Source: Eubacteriales bacterium (lineage in GTDB: Bacteria; Bacillota; Clostridia; Oscillospirales; QAKW01). Taken from it: DNA of 64,000 bases. Both the position numbers and the translations under genes were made by a program. Below are positions 39,836 through 50,132 of the stretch, in pieces (the first letter of the stretch is position 1; each line of letters opens with the position of its first letter). The DNA lies in NCBI GenBank assembly GCA_045539335.1, contig JAZQFD010000009.1, positions 8,534-72,533 on the forward strand, written 5' to 3'. The notes beneath the pieces are model-generated. The model was not told where the DNA came from. It ran no database searches and saw only the letters and a program-made list of their open reading frames with translations.

Positions 39836-41773
39836 ATGGCTCAAAAATATTACTTGACCACCGCCATCGCCTACACCTCTGCCAAGCCTCATATCGGCAA
39901 TACCTATGAGATCGTTTTGGCAGACAGTATTGCCCGCTTCAAGCGGATGCAGGGCTATGACGTGTGCTTTCAAACCGGCACCGATGAGCATGGCGAAAAG
40001 ATCCAGCTCAAGGCAGAAGCCGCCGGTATTACCCCTCAGCAGTATGTAGACGGCGTTGCCGGCGAAATCAAGCGGATCTGGGATCTGATGAACACCACCT
40101 ATGACCGCTTTATCCGCACCACCGATCCCATGCATGAGAAAAAGATCCAGCAGATCTTCAAAAAGCTCTATGATCAGGGCGATATCTATAAAAGCCAGTA
40201 TGAGGGAATGTACTGCACTCCTTGCGAATCCTTCTTTACCGAAAGCCAGTTGGTAGACGGCAAGTGCCCCGATTGCGGCCGAGAAGTGCACCCTGCCAAG
40301 GAAGAGGCGTATTTCTTCAAGCTCTCCAAGTATGCCAAAAAATTGGAGGAGCATATTGAAAGCAATCCCGAATTCATCTGGCCCCCTGCCCGCAAAAATG
40401 AAATGATCAACAATTTCATTAAACCCGGCTTGCAGGATCTTTGCGTTTCCCGTACCTCCTTTAACTGGGGTATTCCGGTGGATTTTGATCCCGGTCATGT
40501 GGTTTATGTATGGATCGATGCGTTGTCCAACTATATCACCTTCGCCGGCTATGATCCCGAAGGAAACCATAGCGAGGATTATAAGCATTATTGGCCTGCC
40601 GATCTACATCTGATCGGCAAGGATATTGTGCGCTTCCACACCATCTATTGGCCCTGCATTCTGATGGCTTTGGGTGAGCCCCTGCCCAAGCAGGTATTCG
40701 GTCATCCCTGGCTGATTATGAGCGACGGAAAGATGAGTAAATCCAAAGGCAATGTGCTTTATGCCGATGATTTGGTGGATCTTTTCGGAGTGGATGCCGT
40801 GCGCTACTTTGTGTTGCATGAGATCCCCTACGCCAGCGACGGTATCATCTCTTATGAGCTGATGATGGAGCGGATCAATGCAGAACTTGCCAATATCTTG
40901 GGCAATCTGGTAAACCGCACCGTTTCTATGACAAATAAATACTTTGGCGGCGAGATCCGCACCCCCAATGCAGAAACCGAGCTGGATCGGGACTTAAAGA
41001 CGGTCGCTTTAGAAACTGCCGGCAAGGTGGAAGCTCATATGAACGATCTGCATATTGCCGATGCCATTGATGATATCTTCACCCTTCTGCGCCGTGCCAA
41101 TAAGTATGTAGACGAAACCGAGCCTTGGATTCTGGGCAAGCCCGATGGCGACCATGAGCGCTTGGCAACAGTTCTTTATAACCTTCTGGAATGTATCCGC
41201 ATTTCTGCCACCCTGCTTAAGGCCTTTATGCCCGAAACAGCCGAAAAGATCTTTGCTCAGATCGGCTGCGGCGATCAGACCTTGGCCGAGGCCAAGGAAT
41301 TCGGCAAGTTGAATGCCGATAAGGTAGGCAAGCCGGAGATCCTCTTTGCCCGCATCGACATTCCCAAGAAATTAGAGGAGATCAAGGCGGCAAACGAGGC
41401 AAAGAAAAAGGCCGAGGAGCCTAAAAAAGAAGAAAAGCCCCAAGGCATTGCCACCATCGGCATCGAGGATTTTGCCAAGGTTGCCCTGCGAGTAGCCAAG
41501 ATTCTCACCTGCGAGCCTCTGCCCAAGAGCGATAAGCTGCTGGTGATGAAGATCGACAACGGCAACGGGGAAAAGCAGGTGCTTTCCGGCATTGCTCAAT
41601 ATTATAAGCCCGAAGATCTGATCGGCAAAAAGGTGATTTTGGTGGACAATCTGGCTCCTGCCAAACTGCGGGGAACCTTAAGCGAAGGAATGCTCCTTGC
41701 CGCCGATAGTAAAGACGGGGTAAAAGTGGTCTTCCTAGATGATTCCTTAGAGCCCGGAGCGGTGATCCGATGA
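39836..41773 (+). CDS. metG: Methionine--tRNA ligase
   Basis: HIGN, KMSKS, C-terminal tRNA-binding domain. Confidence 0.98.
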   Translation: MAQKYYLTTAIAYTSAKPHIGNTYEIVLADSIARFKRMQGYDVCFQTGTDEHGEKIQLKAEAAGITPQQYVDGVAGEIKRIWDLMNTTYDRFIRTTDPMHEKKIQQIFKKLYDQGDIYKSQYEGMYCTPCESFFTESQLVDGKCPDCGREVHPAKEEAYFFKLSKYAKKLEEHIESNPEFIWPPARKNEMINNFIKPGLQDLCVSRTSFNWGIPVDFDPGHVVYVWIDALSNYITFAGYDPEGNHSEDYKHYWPADLHLIGKDIVRFHTIYWPCILMALGEPLPKQVFGHPWLIMSDGKMSKSKGNVLYADDLVDLFGVDAVRYFVLHEIPYASDGIISYELMMERINAELANILGNLVNRTVSMTNKYFGGEIRTPNAETELDRDLKTVALETAGKVEAHMNDLHIADAIDDIFTLLRRANKYVDETEPWILGKPDGDHERLATVLYNLLECIRISATLLKAFMPETAEKIFAQIGCGDQTLAEAKEFGKLNADKVGKPEILFARIDIPKKLEEIKAANEAKKKAEEPKKEEKPQGIATIGIEDFAKVALRVAKILTCEPLPKSDKLLVMKIDNGNGEKQVLSGIAQYYKPEDLIGKKVILVDNLAPAKLRGTLSEGMLLAADSKDGVKVVFLDDSLEPGAVIR

Positions 41774-42528
41774 TCGATGTACACGCACATCTGGATGATG
41801 TTCGCTTTGACGAGGATCGCCAAGAAGTCATTGAACAATTAAGAGCCGCCGGTATCCGGCGGCTCATCAATTCCGGCTGCTCCCATGAGGCTTGCCGAAA
41901 TGCCATTCGATTGGCGGAAGAAAACGATTTCATCTACGCATCGGTGGGGATCTACCCCCATGATGTGAAGGAACTGGAAGAAAAAGGATTGGATACCCTC
42001 AAAGAGATGGCAAAGCATCCCAAAGTGGTGGCCATCGGCGAGATCGGCTTGGATTATTATTACGATACCGCTGAAAAGGACCTGCAGAAAAAATGGTTTC
42101 ACGCTCAGTTGGAACTGGCGGAAGAATATAACCTGCCGGTAGTGATCCACAGTCGGGATGCCATGAAGGATACCTTAGATATTTTAAAAGCCCATCCCAA
42201 CAACACCGGCATTTTCCATTGCTATAGCGGCTCAGTGGAATCCCTTCGAGAGATCGTAGCCTTAGGATGGTCCATTTCCTTGGGTGGAGTAGTCACCTTT
42301 AAAAATGCTCGAGTCACCAAAGAGGTGGCGGCCGCCGTACCCGCTGATCGGCTGATGCTGGAGACCGACAGTCCCTACCTTGCCCCTACCCCCTATCGGG
42401 GCAAGCGCAATTCCGCCCTTTATCTAACAGAGGTGGCCAAGTGCATTGCAGAGCTTCGGGGAACCACTCCCGAAGAAATTGAGCGCATCACCGATGAAAA
42501 TGCCCTCAATATGTTCAAAATGGTCTAA
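41770..42528 (+). CDS. tatD: TatD-family DNase
   Basis: DVHAH, AIGEIGLDY, IHSRDA, LETDSPYL. Confidence 0.95.
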   Translation: MIDVHAHLDDVRFDEDRQEVIEQLRAAGIRRLINSGCSHEACRNAIRLAEENDFIYASVGIYPHDVKELEEKGLDTLKEMAKHPKVVAIGEIGLDYYYDTAEKDLQKKWFHAQLELAEEYNLPVVIHSRDAMKDTLDILKAHPNNTGIFHCYSGSVESLREIVALGWSISLGGVVTFKNARVTKEVAAAVPADRLMLETDSPYLAPTPYRGKRNSALYLTEVAKCIAELRGTTPEEIERITDENALNMFKMV

Positions 42529-42587
42529 AAGTGTAAATTTACACCGCATTTTTCCAAAATAAAACCCTGCCGACGGCAGGGTTTTTC

Positions 42588-43256
42588 TTATTTTCGATGG
42601 GCGCCGATGGCGGATTCCACATTTTGCAACAAAGTCAGCAAGGAGGTGGCAAAGAGAGGATATTTTGCTCGCAAGGTTTCCTCATCCATGGCAGGAACCG
42701 ACGCTTTTTTCAGCTCTTGCTGAATTTCTGCCTCCAGTTTTTTCATAGAAGCATCAGACATTAAAGAATAGGTATCTTCTTGGGCACCGAAAAAGGTTTG
42801 TGGATTTTCCTCCTTGGCATTATAGAGTCGACGGAACATCTGGTAAACGCTGATTTGCAGATATAAAGAAACCTTATGAATGAGATCCTTATTGCCGGTG
42901 GCACCTAAAAGATCCTCCACCACCGTGACGGAATTGCAGATCAACTTTTTATTGAGCACCGGCAAAAGACTGCCAGCACCCCGATTGCCTTGACCTGCGG
43001 CATCTTCATCGGGAACCTCCTCCAAGAGGATGGCAGAACCGTTTTTCTCCAAAGAGCGGCCCAGCAGATAATCCACCGAAACACCATAGAAATCGGCGGC
43101 ACGCACCAAAAACAGCAAGCCACATTCCCGAATGCCCTTTTCATAATGGGACAACAGGGCCTGAGAGACGCCCAGCGCCTCTGCTGCTTTCTTTTGAGAG
43201 ATGCCCGCTTCTTTACGAAGATGGGTCAATACTCTGGGAAAATCCGAAATTGCCAT
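42588..43256 (-). CDS. XRE-family HTH regulator with helical C-terminal domain
   Basis: LRKEAGISQKKAAEALGVSQALLSHYEKGIRE; start after GGAGG. Confidence 0.88.
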   Translation of the reverse strand: MAISDFPRVLTHLRKEAGISQKKAAEALGVSQALLSHYEKGIRECGLLFLVRAADFYGVSVDYLLGRSLEKNGSAILLEEVPDEDAAGQGNRGAGSLLPVLNKKLICNSVTVVEDLLGATGNKDLIHKVSLYLQISVYQMFRRLYNAKEENPQTFFGAQEDTYSLMSDASMKKLEAEIQQELKKASVPAMDEETLRAKYPLFATSLLTLLQNVESAIGAHRK

Positions 43257-43525
43257 TGCTCTTTGCCTCCGAACAAACTGATAAAATAGTAGAGTGGATG
43301 ATCCATCCACTCTACGCAACATATTTATTATACCGAAAAAAGGACCTTAAGTCAATATTTTCGATCAAATTTTCAAAAGTTTGGCAGGGGTTTGTCGAAG
43401 AAGGGCAAAATCAAAAATGGATGTAGAAAATCCTTTACTCCCCTTGATATTTAGAATGATTCTTGCTACACTTTAATTAAGGAGAAGGATCTTCTCCGCA
43501 ATTTAATACCGAAGGAGTGACCTCT

Positions 43526-44041
43526 ATGAAGATGACCTATGTGACGAAGAAATTGAGCCTTTCCGACAAGGAAAAAGTGTTGGTTGAGAGAAAGATGGCA
43601 AAGCTCGATAAATTCTTTACAGAGGAGGCCACCGCCGCACTGACCTTTACGGTAGCACGGGAGGAAGTGACGGTTGAAGTGACGGTGAAGGATCATGGTA
43701 TGATCTTCCGAGGCGAGCGCAGCGCTATCGACAAAATGATGGCCTTGGATGAGATCATCGACCTGCTGATTCGGCAGGTGCGGAAGAATAAGACCCGACT
43801 GACCAAAACTCTTTACACCGACATTCCCGATTTTGATCCTTGGGAAGATGGCGAGGATGATTATAATTTGGTAAGAACCAAAGAAGTATTCTTGCGCCCC
43901 ATGGATTTGGAAGAAGCCATCATGCAGATGAATCTTTTGGATCATAATTTCTTTATGTTTCTGGATAGCGAGACCGATAAGGTCAGCGTGGTGTACCGCC
44001 GCAAAGACGGTCAATACGGACTGATTCGAAGCGAAAACTAA
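43526..44041 (+). CDS. hpf: Ribosome hibernation promoting factor (long HPF)
   Basis: KLDKFF, PMDLEEAIMQMNLLDHNFF, VVYRRKDGQYGLI. Confidence 0.95.
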   Translation: MKMTYVTKKLSLSDKEKVLVERKMAKLDKFFTEEATAALTFTVAREEVTVEVTVKDHGMIFRGERSAIDKMMALDEIIDLLIRQVRKNKTRLTKTLYTDIPDFDPWEDGEDDYNLVRTKEVFLRPMDLEEAIMQMNLLDHNFFMFLDSETDKVSVVYRRKDGQYGLIRSEN

Positions 44042-44096
44042 TTAAAATAGATTCTGCCGAGTGTCCCCAAAGGACACTCGGCCGTTTTTTTATATA

Positions 44097-45068
44097 TTAC
44101 AAAGTCAAAACCACTTTCCCAATATTTTCGCCCCGCTCCAAAATAGCGTGGGCCTCCTCTGCTTGGGACATGGGCAGCACCTTATAAATGGAAGGCTTCA
44201 TAGAACCGTCTTCAATCTTTGGCCAAACCTTCTCCACCAGCTCTGCCAGCAAGGCAGCTTTGAAGGCGGGAGTTCGATTCCGAAGCATACTGCCCACCAA
44301 ATGCAGACCCTTGGTCAGCAAGGGGCGCAGCATAATATTGGTTTCGGTACCTGCCAAGGTGGAGATCACCACCCAATAGCCTCCACGGGCCATATAGGGC
44401 AGGCTCTTACCCAAGGTCTCACCGCAAAGGCAGTCCATAGACACCGCAACGGGGGTGCCCCGCTCCTCCTCTTTGGCCAACACCTCTGCCACATCTTCCT
44501 TGGCGGAATTGATCACCACATCAGCGCCCAAAGGCTTGATTTTTTCGGCAATCTCATCAGAGAGAACCGAGGTGATTACACGGGCGCCGAAGGCCTTTGC
44601 CATAGGAATCGCCACCGAAGCAAGACCACTGGCCCCGGCCGGAATAAAGGCGGTCTGCCCTTCTTCCAGATGACCTTCCATAAAAAGATTCAAATAGGAG
44701 GTGGCATAGGCTTCCGGCAAAGAGGCGGCCTCTACCATGGAGAGCCCCTGGGGAACCGGCATCAGCATATCCTCTTTCACCGCCACATACTCGGCATAGC
44801 CACCACCACCCAGCAAGGCGCAAACAGAATCCCCCAATTTCCAGGCGGAAACCTTTTTGCCCAGCTCCACAATCTCCCCTGCAATCTCCAGCCCCATCCA
44901 CGGAGGACAGCCGGCGGGAGAAGGGTATTTCCCTTGACGTTGAAGCAGATCGGCACGATTCAGAGCGGCGGCATGGATCTTTACCAACACCTCATCCTCT
45001 CCAATCACAGGATCGGGCACCTCGCTCCACACAAAATTTTTCTGATCATCAATCAACATTGCCTTCAT
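44097..45068 (-). CDS. NAD(P)H:quinone oxidoreductase (PIG3-like MDR)
   Basis: ALNRADLLQRQGKYP, GGGYAEY, AGASG. Confidence 0.92.
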   Translation of the reverse strand: MKAMLIDDQKNFVWSEVPDPVIGEDEVLVKIHAAALNRADLLQRQGKYPSPAGCPPWMGLEIAGEIVELGKKVSAWKLGDSVCALLGGGGYAEYVAVKEDMLMPVPQGLSMVEAASLPEAYATSYLNLFMEGHLEEGQTAFIPAGASGLASVAIPMAKAFGARVITSVLSDEIAEKIKPLGADVVINSAKEDVAEVLAKEEERGTPVAVSMDCLCGETLGKSLPYMARGGYWVVISTLAGTETNIMLRPLLTKGLHLVGSMLRNRTPAFKAALLAELVEKVWPKIEDGSMKPSIYKVLPMSQAEEAHAILERGENIGKVVLTL

Positions 45069-45069
45069 A

Positions 45070-45834
45070 TCAATCCGTTCCTTTCATTGAGAGGGTTCTT
45101 CCACCGTCGATCACATAAACTTGACCGGTGATAAACTTTGCCTTATCCGACACCAAAAAGGCAACCAGATCGGCAATATCCTGCGCAGTGCATTTTTCGC
45201 CCAGCAGGTTGGTTTCAAGGGCACGGTGATCGCCGCCCCTTTCCTCCGGCCGCATCACAACGCCGGGAGCCACACTGTTTACATTTATTTTATAAGGACC
45301 CAATTCCTTGGCCAGCGCACGGGTCAAGGACATCACACCACCCTTGGAGGCGGCATAATCGCAGCTTTTCTTCAAGCCATTGATGCCGACAGCCGAAGAG
45401 AAATTGATGATCTTTCCACCCTCGCCCTGCTTGATCATAATACGAGCGGCGGCACGGCTCGCCCAGATGGCGCCGTATAAATTCACCTTTAAAACTCGGT
45501 CGATCACATAATCTTCCTGCTCCACCAACGGCAAATATTTCGCATCAGGTCCTGCAATGCGGGCACTGCCGCCGGCAATATGGATCATCATGTCCAGCCG
45601 TCCGAAATCCTCGGCCGCCTGATTGATGGCTGCATCAATGCTTTTGGATTCGGAAACATCTGCTACATAGCTTTTGGCCATTCCACCCTTTTGATTGATC
45701 TCATTCACAACCTTATCAAGAGTTGCTTGGTTCATATCACAAGCAGCAATGCAAATGCCCTCTTTGGCAAGTGTCAGAGCTGTTTGACTGCCGATATAAC
45801 CGCCGGCCCCTGTAATAAACGCTACTTTTTTCAT
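45070..45834 (-). CDS. Short-chain dehydrogenase/reductase
   Basis: TGAGGYIG, YAASK, NSVAPG. Confidence 0.93.
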   Translation of the reverse strand: MKKVAFITGAGGYIGSQTALTLAKEGICIAACDMNQATLDKVVNEINQKGGMAKSYVADVSESKSIDAAINQAAEDFGRLDMMIHIAGGSARIAGPDAKYLPLVEQEDYVIDRVLKVNLYGAIWASRAAARIMIKQGEGGKIINFSSAVGINGLKKSCDYAASKGGVMSLTRALAKELGPYKINVNSVAPGVVMRPEERGGDHRALETNLLGEKCTAQDIADLVAFLVSDKAKFITGQVYVIDGGRTLSMKGTD

Positions 45835-45842
45835 TGGTTTTC

Positions 45843-46904
45843 TCACCTTCTGTATAAAACAAATCCATCGCTGATGGTCAACACACAGCGATAGCCCATG
45901 GTATTCTTCACGCAGTTGCCTTGGGCATCCGTCAATTCACAAGGCTCCTCCGCCCATTCAAAAACCGCCAAATCTGCAACGCCGCCTTCTTTTAACACAC
46001 CCCACTCTTTACCCAAAACCTTGGCGGGAGTAGAGGTAACCGCCTTAAACAGCGCATCCTCCTCCATGCCGGCATTTTTCGCAAGGCTCATGCAAAGGGT
46101 CATTCCATACTTGCCGCCCCGCTTATAGGCGCTGCAGCAGGTAATATCGGTACTGATGGTATCGGGGAAATATCCGCTCTCAAAGGCCTTGGAAAAGACC
46201 TCAAAATCGGTATGAACATCACCGGCAAAGCCGGTATCTATGATTACACCCCGCTCCTTTGCCAAATCAAAGCAGGCAAAATCCTCCATCAGGCAGGAAT
46301 GCTCGCCGCAATGGTAGGCATGGGTCAAAATATCACCTGCCGAGAGAGCGCCAACAATCTCTCCCATAGAAACGGGAGAATAGGCACAATGAACCATCAC
46401 CCTTAATCCTCGCTCCTTTGCCATGGCGCAGACCTCATGAACGGGGGTTAGATCCCAGCACTCGGAAACGGTGGCATCAAAATACACCTTCAGCCCCACT
46501 GCCCGCTCCCCAAAGCGAGCAAGTCGCTCCTCGGCCTTGGCACGGTCAATATGGTTCTTCTTAATATCTACGCTGGCAAATACGGTATTCTTAACCGCAA
46601 AATGGCGGAGCATTGACGCATCCCCATGGGCGGCGCCTGCATCATTCACGGCGGTCACTCCAAAGGGAAAACTGCTCATTTCGGCTTGAATGCCATAGCG
46701 ATCAGAGGAGATGCCCCGTAGATGAACATGAAGGTCTACCAGCCCTGCCGAGACGATCTTGCCTTCGGCATCATAGACATACTCGGCCTCTGCCTCCAGA
46801 TGGGGACCGATCTTTTCGATAACCGATCCATTGGTCAGTACATCGGCCATGCGGAAGGTCTCTCCATCCCAAACACGGCCGTTTTTAATCCATATTTTAG
46901 ACAT
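45843..46904 (-). CDS. Metal-dependent amidohydrolase (dihydroorotase-like/deacetylase)
   Basis: GLVDLHVH, VMVH, GDILTH, PDTISTD. Confidence 0.88.
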   Translation of the reverse strand: MSKIWIKNGRVWDGETFRMADVLTNGSVIEKIGPHLEAEAEYVYDAEGKIVSAGLVDLHVHLRGISSDRYGIQAEMSSFPFGVTAVNDAGAAHGDASMLRHFAVKNTVFASVDIKKNHIDRAKAEERLARFGERAVGLKVYFDATVSECWDLTPVHEVCAMAKERGLRVMVHCAYSPVSMGEIVGALSAGDILTHAYHCGEHSCLMEDFACFDLAKERGVIIDTGFAGDVHTDFEVFSKAFESGYFPDTISTDITCCSAYKRGGKYGMTLCMSLAKNAGMEEDALFKAVTSTPAKVLGKEWGVLKEGGVADLAVFEWAEEPCELTDAQGNCVKNTMGYRCVLTISDGFVLYRR

Positions 46905-47895
46905 GATAAAATTCAACTCCTCCAATGATCTCCCATAAAACCTCCTGCACTGCATAATCATGCTCATAGGTAAAGGGATTTTGCTTGGTGCCTTTGATAT
47001 AGGCATAAAAATCCTTCATCATTTCATCATAGCGACCATGAGCCGTATGATCCTCAAAGGGGAGCAGGATCTTGCGATCCTCATAGGTTTTATCGGCAAT
47101 GGAGCGATCGGAATAGGTAACGGTAAGGGGGCGCTCAATGGGATTAATATTAAAAGTTCCCTCGCTGCCCGATACCATAAACTGACGCCGCCCAAAGCCA
47201 TTGACCTCCACCGAGGACACAAAGACTCTTGCCAAGGCTTTCTCATATTCCAGCACCGCCAGGTTATTATCGGCAAAGTCGATCCCATCCAGCCCGGTAT
47301 GCTTCAAAAAGGAGGTGACCTTTTGGGGCTTGCCCAATAAGTATACAATCAAATCCACCAAATGAGAGCCCAGAATATACATAATGCCGCCTTTAAAATG
47401 GGTCAGCCATTTTTTATATTCTTCCTGATGGAAGGTACTCATTTCGGCGTTAATGGAATAGATTTCGCCCAAATCGCCCCCTTGCACCCGTTTAATACAT
47501 TCTTGAACCGCCGGATTATAGCGGTACATATAAGCAAGCTGAACCACCAGTTCCTTCTCCTTGGCAGTATCTAAAAGATGCTTATACTCTGCAAGGGTGC
47601 CGCCGGCAGGCTTATCCATATGAACGTGCTTGCCGGCATCAATGCACTTTTGAGCGGTCTCGGTAAGGTTCCACACATCGGTTTCAATGAGAATGGCATC
47701 GCTTTTTTCGATGATCTCCTCTACCGACATCCGCTTGAGTCCTTCATAGCCGGGAAGATTCCCCCGCTTTTGCACCCACTCTTCATTTTCTTCAGCATAG
47801 CCCACCACTTCAAACAGTTCAGGAAATTTGCGAACCGCCTTCATTTTAGCCTCACCATGGTTATGACCGATACCGATCTGCCCTATTTTAATCAT
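46897..47895 (-). CDS. Gfo/Idh/MocA oxidoreductase
   Basis: IGQIGIG, GKHVHMDKP, GGIMYILGSHLVD. Confidence 0.92.
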   Translation of the reverse strand: MIKIGQIGIGHNHGEAKMKAVRKFPELFEVVGYAEENEEWVQKRGNLPGYEGLKRMSVEEIIEKSDAILIETDVWNLTETAQKCIDAGKHVHMDKPAGGTLAEYKHLLDTAKEKELVVQLAYMYRYNPAVQECIKRVQGGDLGEIYSINAEMSTFHQEEYKKWLTHFKGGIMYILGSHLVDLIVYLLGKPQKVTSFLKHTGLDGIDFADNNLAVLEYEKALARVFVSSVEVNGFGRRQFMVSGSEGTFNINPIERPLTVTYSDRSIADKTYEDRKILLPFEDHTAHGRYDEMMKDFYAYIKGTKQNPFTYEHDYAVQEVLWEIIGGVEFYHV

Positions 47896-47897
47896 GT

Positions 47898-48893
47898 TTA
47901 TCTCCAATCAAACACGGTCCCCATGGGAAAATGGGGGTCTTGGCAAAGCTGGGTATACACTGCAGGTGCTTCTTCCGGCTTCACCACTCTCGAAACAATC
48001 GAGCGAACATCCAAACGACCGGTGGCGATCATATCCAGAATGGCTCGACAATCATCATGGTGGGTCCAATGATGGGGGTAAGACTCCACCTTGGGGCGCA
48101 CAAAATTATGAGCACCGATCAATTTCACGCCGGGGCGATGGATCTGCGTATAATAATCCACGCCGCAATCGGACACACGGGTACATCCCAAAAGGGAGAT
48201 CCGCCCCATCCAAGAAGCGCATTCCAGCGCCTGCTTCATGGCCGCCGATACGCCGGTAACCTCTACGCAAGCATTTACCCCCTTCCCCTTGGTCAGGGCC
48301 TTTACCTTCTCAACAAATTCCGGATCGGAAGGATCCAAGGCATAATCGGCGCCCAGACCCAAGGCCAGCGCCCGACGCTCCTCATTCAGATCCACGGCGA
48401 TCACCGGATTGGCACCGTTCAAGCGGCAAAACTGCACCGAAAACATTCCCAAAAGACCCAAGCCCATGATCATGGCCGATTCGCCCAGCTCAATCTCCAG
48501 CTTACGCACACCGCCCAAGCCCATGGATGCAATGATCACAAAAGCGGCGTCCAAGGAATCGATCTGATCATTTTCCACCTTGGTAACATCATTTTCGGGA
48601 ACCACATTAAACTGAGTATGATATCCATGGTACACCAGCACACGCTCCCCCACCGCAACCTTTTGCACCAAGGGACCGATTTCGGTTACACGGCCAACCC
48701 CGCAGTATCCTAAGGACATGGGGAATTTTTGAGAGGTATTTTTCATTCCCATAATACAAGCCCGCTCGGTGCCGCCACTGACCACGGTATATTCCATTTG
48801 AACCTTTACAAGATCTTTTTCTACCGCTCGCAATTCTTTATCCAATACTTCGGCGGTTTGGGGTTTGGTGAAAACGATGGTTTTAGACGTCAT
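47898..48893 (-). CDS. MDR-family dehydrogenase (YcjQ-like subgroup)
   Basis: VSGGTE, LGYCGVG, GLGLLG, VEVTG. Confidence 0.88.
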   Translation of the reverse strand: MTSKTIVFTKPQTAEVLDKELRAVEKDLVKVQMEYTVVSGGTERACIMGMKNTSQKFPMSLGYCGVGRVTEIGPLVQKVAVGERVLVYHGYHTQFNVVPENDVTKVENDQIDSLDAAFVIIASMGLGGVRKLEIELGESAMIMGLGLLGMFSVQFCRLNGANPVIAVDLNEERRALALGLGADYALDPSDPEFVEKVKALTKGKGVNACVEVTGVSAAMKQALECASWMGRISLLGCTRVSDCGVDYYTQIHRPGVKLIGAHNFVRPKVESYPHHWTHHDDCRAILDMIATGRLDVRSIVSRVVKPEEAPAVYTQLCQDPHFPMGTVFDWR

Positions 48894-48907
48894 TTTTCTT
48901 CTCCTAT

Positions 48908-49187
48908 TTAAGGTGACAAGAACAATCCGAACCTGCCTCAAAGCGGCATATTTCGGAGCTTTTCACTTATTTTTATTTGATCGGCGCCAGCCGATCTGCA
49001 TAAAAGACAGAGCAAAAATCCCTCGAAATCTCCTCGTTTTGAGGTCGAAGATTTTAAAAAGAGCGGATTTTTGTTCAATCAAGGCATAAAACGCAGCCAA
49101 TGCTGCCGCATTGGCGAGTATTTTAACGAAGGGTGAGCGAAAATCCGCCTTTTTAAAACAAGGTTCGGATTATGCTTGTCACCTTAA
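48908..49187. mobile_element. MITE-like non-autonomous insertion (272 bp plus TTAA duplication)
   Basis: 23-bp terminal inverted repeats GGTGACAAG(A/C)A(C/T)AATCCGAACCT at 48912-48934 and 49161-49183, each flanked by TTAA; internal hairpins; no transposase. Confidence 0.75.
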
Positions 49188-49998
49188 TCAAATTTAGGCT
49201 GTCAATCGCCGCTTTAGCGGTCTTTAAATCCAGCTGTTCCATGGTACTGCCTTCATTGAAATGATCCACGCAAAAAACAATATGACCACCCAAAACAGGG
49301 TTTATGATGCGAGAAAGAGCACCCGCTTTTCCGTTGGCATGATAACTGACGGGCGTTTTCACCTCTTTTTTCAGCAGATGCATGGCCTTAAAGCTCTCCA
49401 GCAGTTCCTCCTCATTGGTGGCGGCGGTCACGATCTTAATAATATCGGGATGCCGCTCCTCCAAAAACAGGGCAAGATCCACCACCTGACGGGCGGTCAT
49501 GGGGATGCCCGGATGGCAAGAAAGCAGCACCTCTCCACCGGCGGCATGGACCTTTTCAATCAGCGCACATTGCTTGGCAATAATCTCTTGATCGGTGACG
49601 ATCTCCTTGGGATTTCCCTTGGTAAAGGAATACCGATCCTCTCCGCAAAAACCGTCCTTAGAAGGGCGGTGGAAGGTATAGCCCTGCATATCAATGCCGG
49701 CGGCTCCTGCCTCAATGGCTTTTATAAAGGTTTCAACACGCTCTTCCTCCGTATAACCGGCATCCTGCCAATCATAGGTTTTATTATAATGAAGTGCCAA
49801 AACAGGCAATTTGGTAGAATTGATAATGGTTTTCAGGGTTTCAAGTTCTGTATCTTCCAAGCAAGAAAGATGCAGATCGATCATTCCTGCACCGTCATAC
49901 AAACAGTTTTTCATCTCCGCCACGGCGGCTCTTCTGGTTCTCTCCCGCACAACGCCTGCTAATACAGGGGCGGGCAGATTGGCTAATGAGCCTCTCAT
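49153..49998 (-). CDS. Type I 3-dehydroquinate dehydratase-like TIM-barrel protein
   Basis: VLLSCH (His) and DIIKIVT (Schiff-base Lys) motifs, SRIINP; context is catabolic. Confidence 0.7.
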   Translation of the reverse strand: MRGSLANLPAPVLAGVVRERTRRAAVAEMKNCLYDGAGMIDLHLSCLEDTELETLKTIINSTKLPVLALHYNKTYDWQDAGYTEEERVETFIKAIEAGAAGIDMQGYTFHRPSKDGFCGEDRYSFTKGNPKEIVTDQEIIAKQCALIEKVHAAGGEVLLSCHPGIPMTARQVVDLALFLEERHPDIIKIVTAATNEEELLESFKAMHLLKKEVKTPVSYHANGKAGALSRIINPVLGGHIVFCVDHFNEGSTMEQLDLKTAKAAIDSLNLIKVTSIIRTLF

Positions 49999-50132
49999 TT
50001 TCATCACCTCAGCCTCAGTATAGAATAGATCCAAGGGAATGTAAATGACCTATTTGATATTTTTATCAATTATGATACAAAAATATTTACTTTTTTTGCC
50101 CCGTGTGGTATCATGAAGGGGAGGTGAATATT

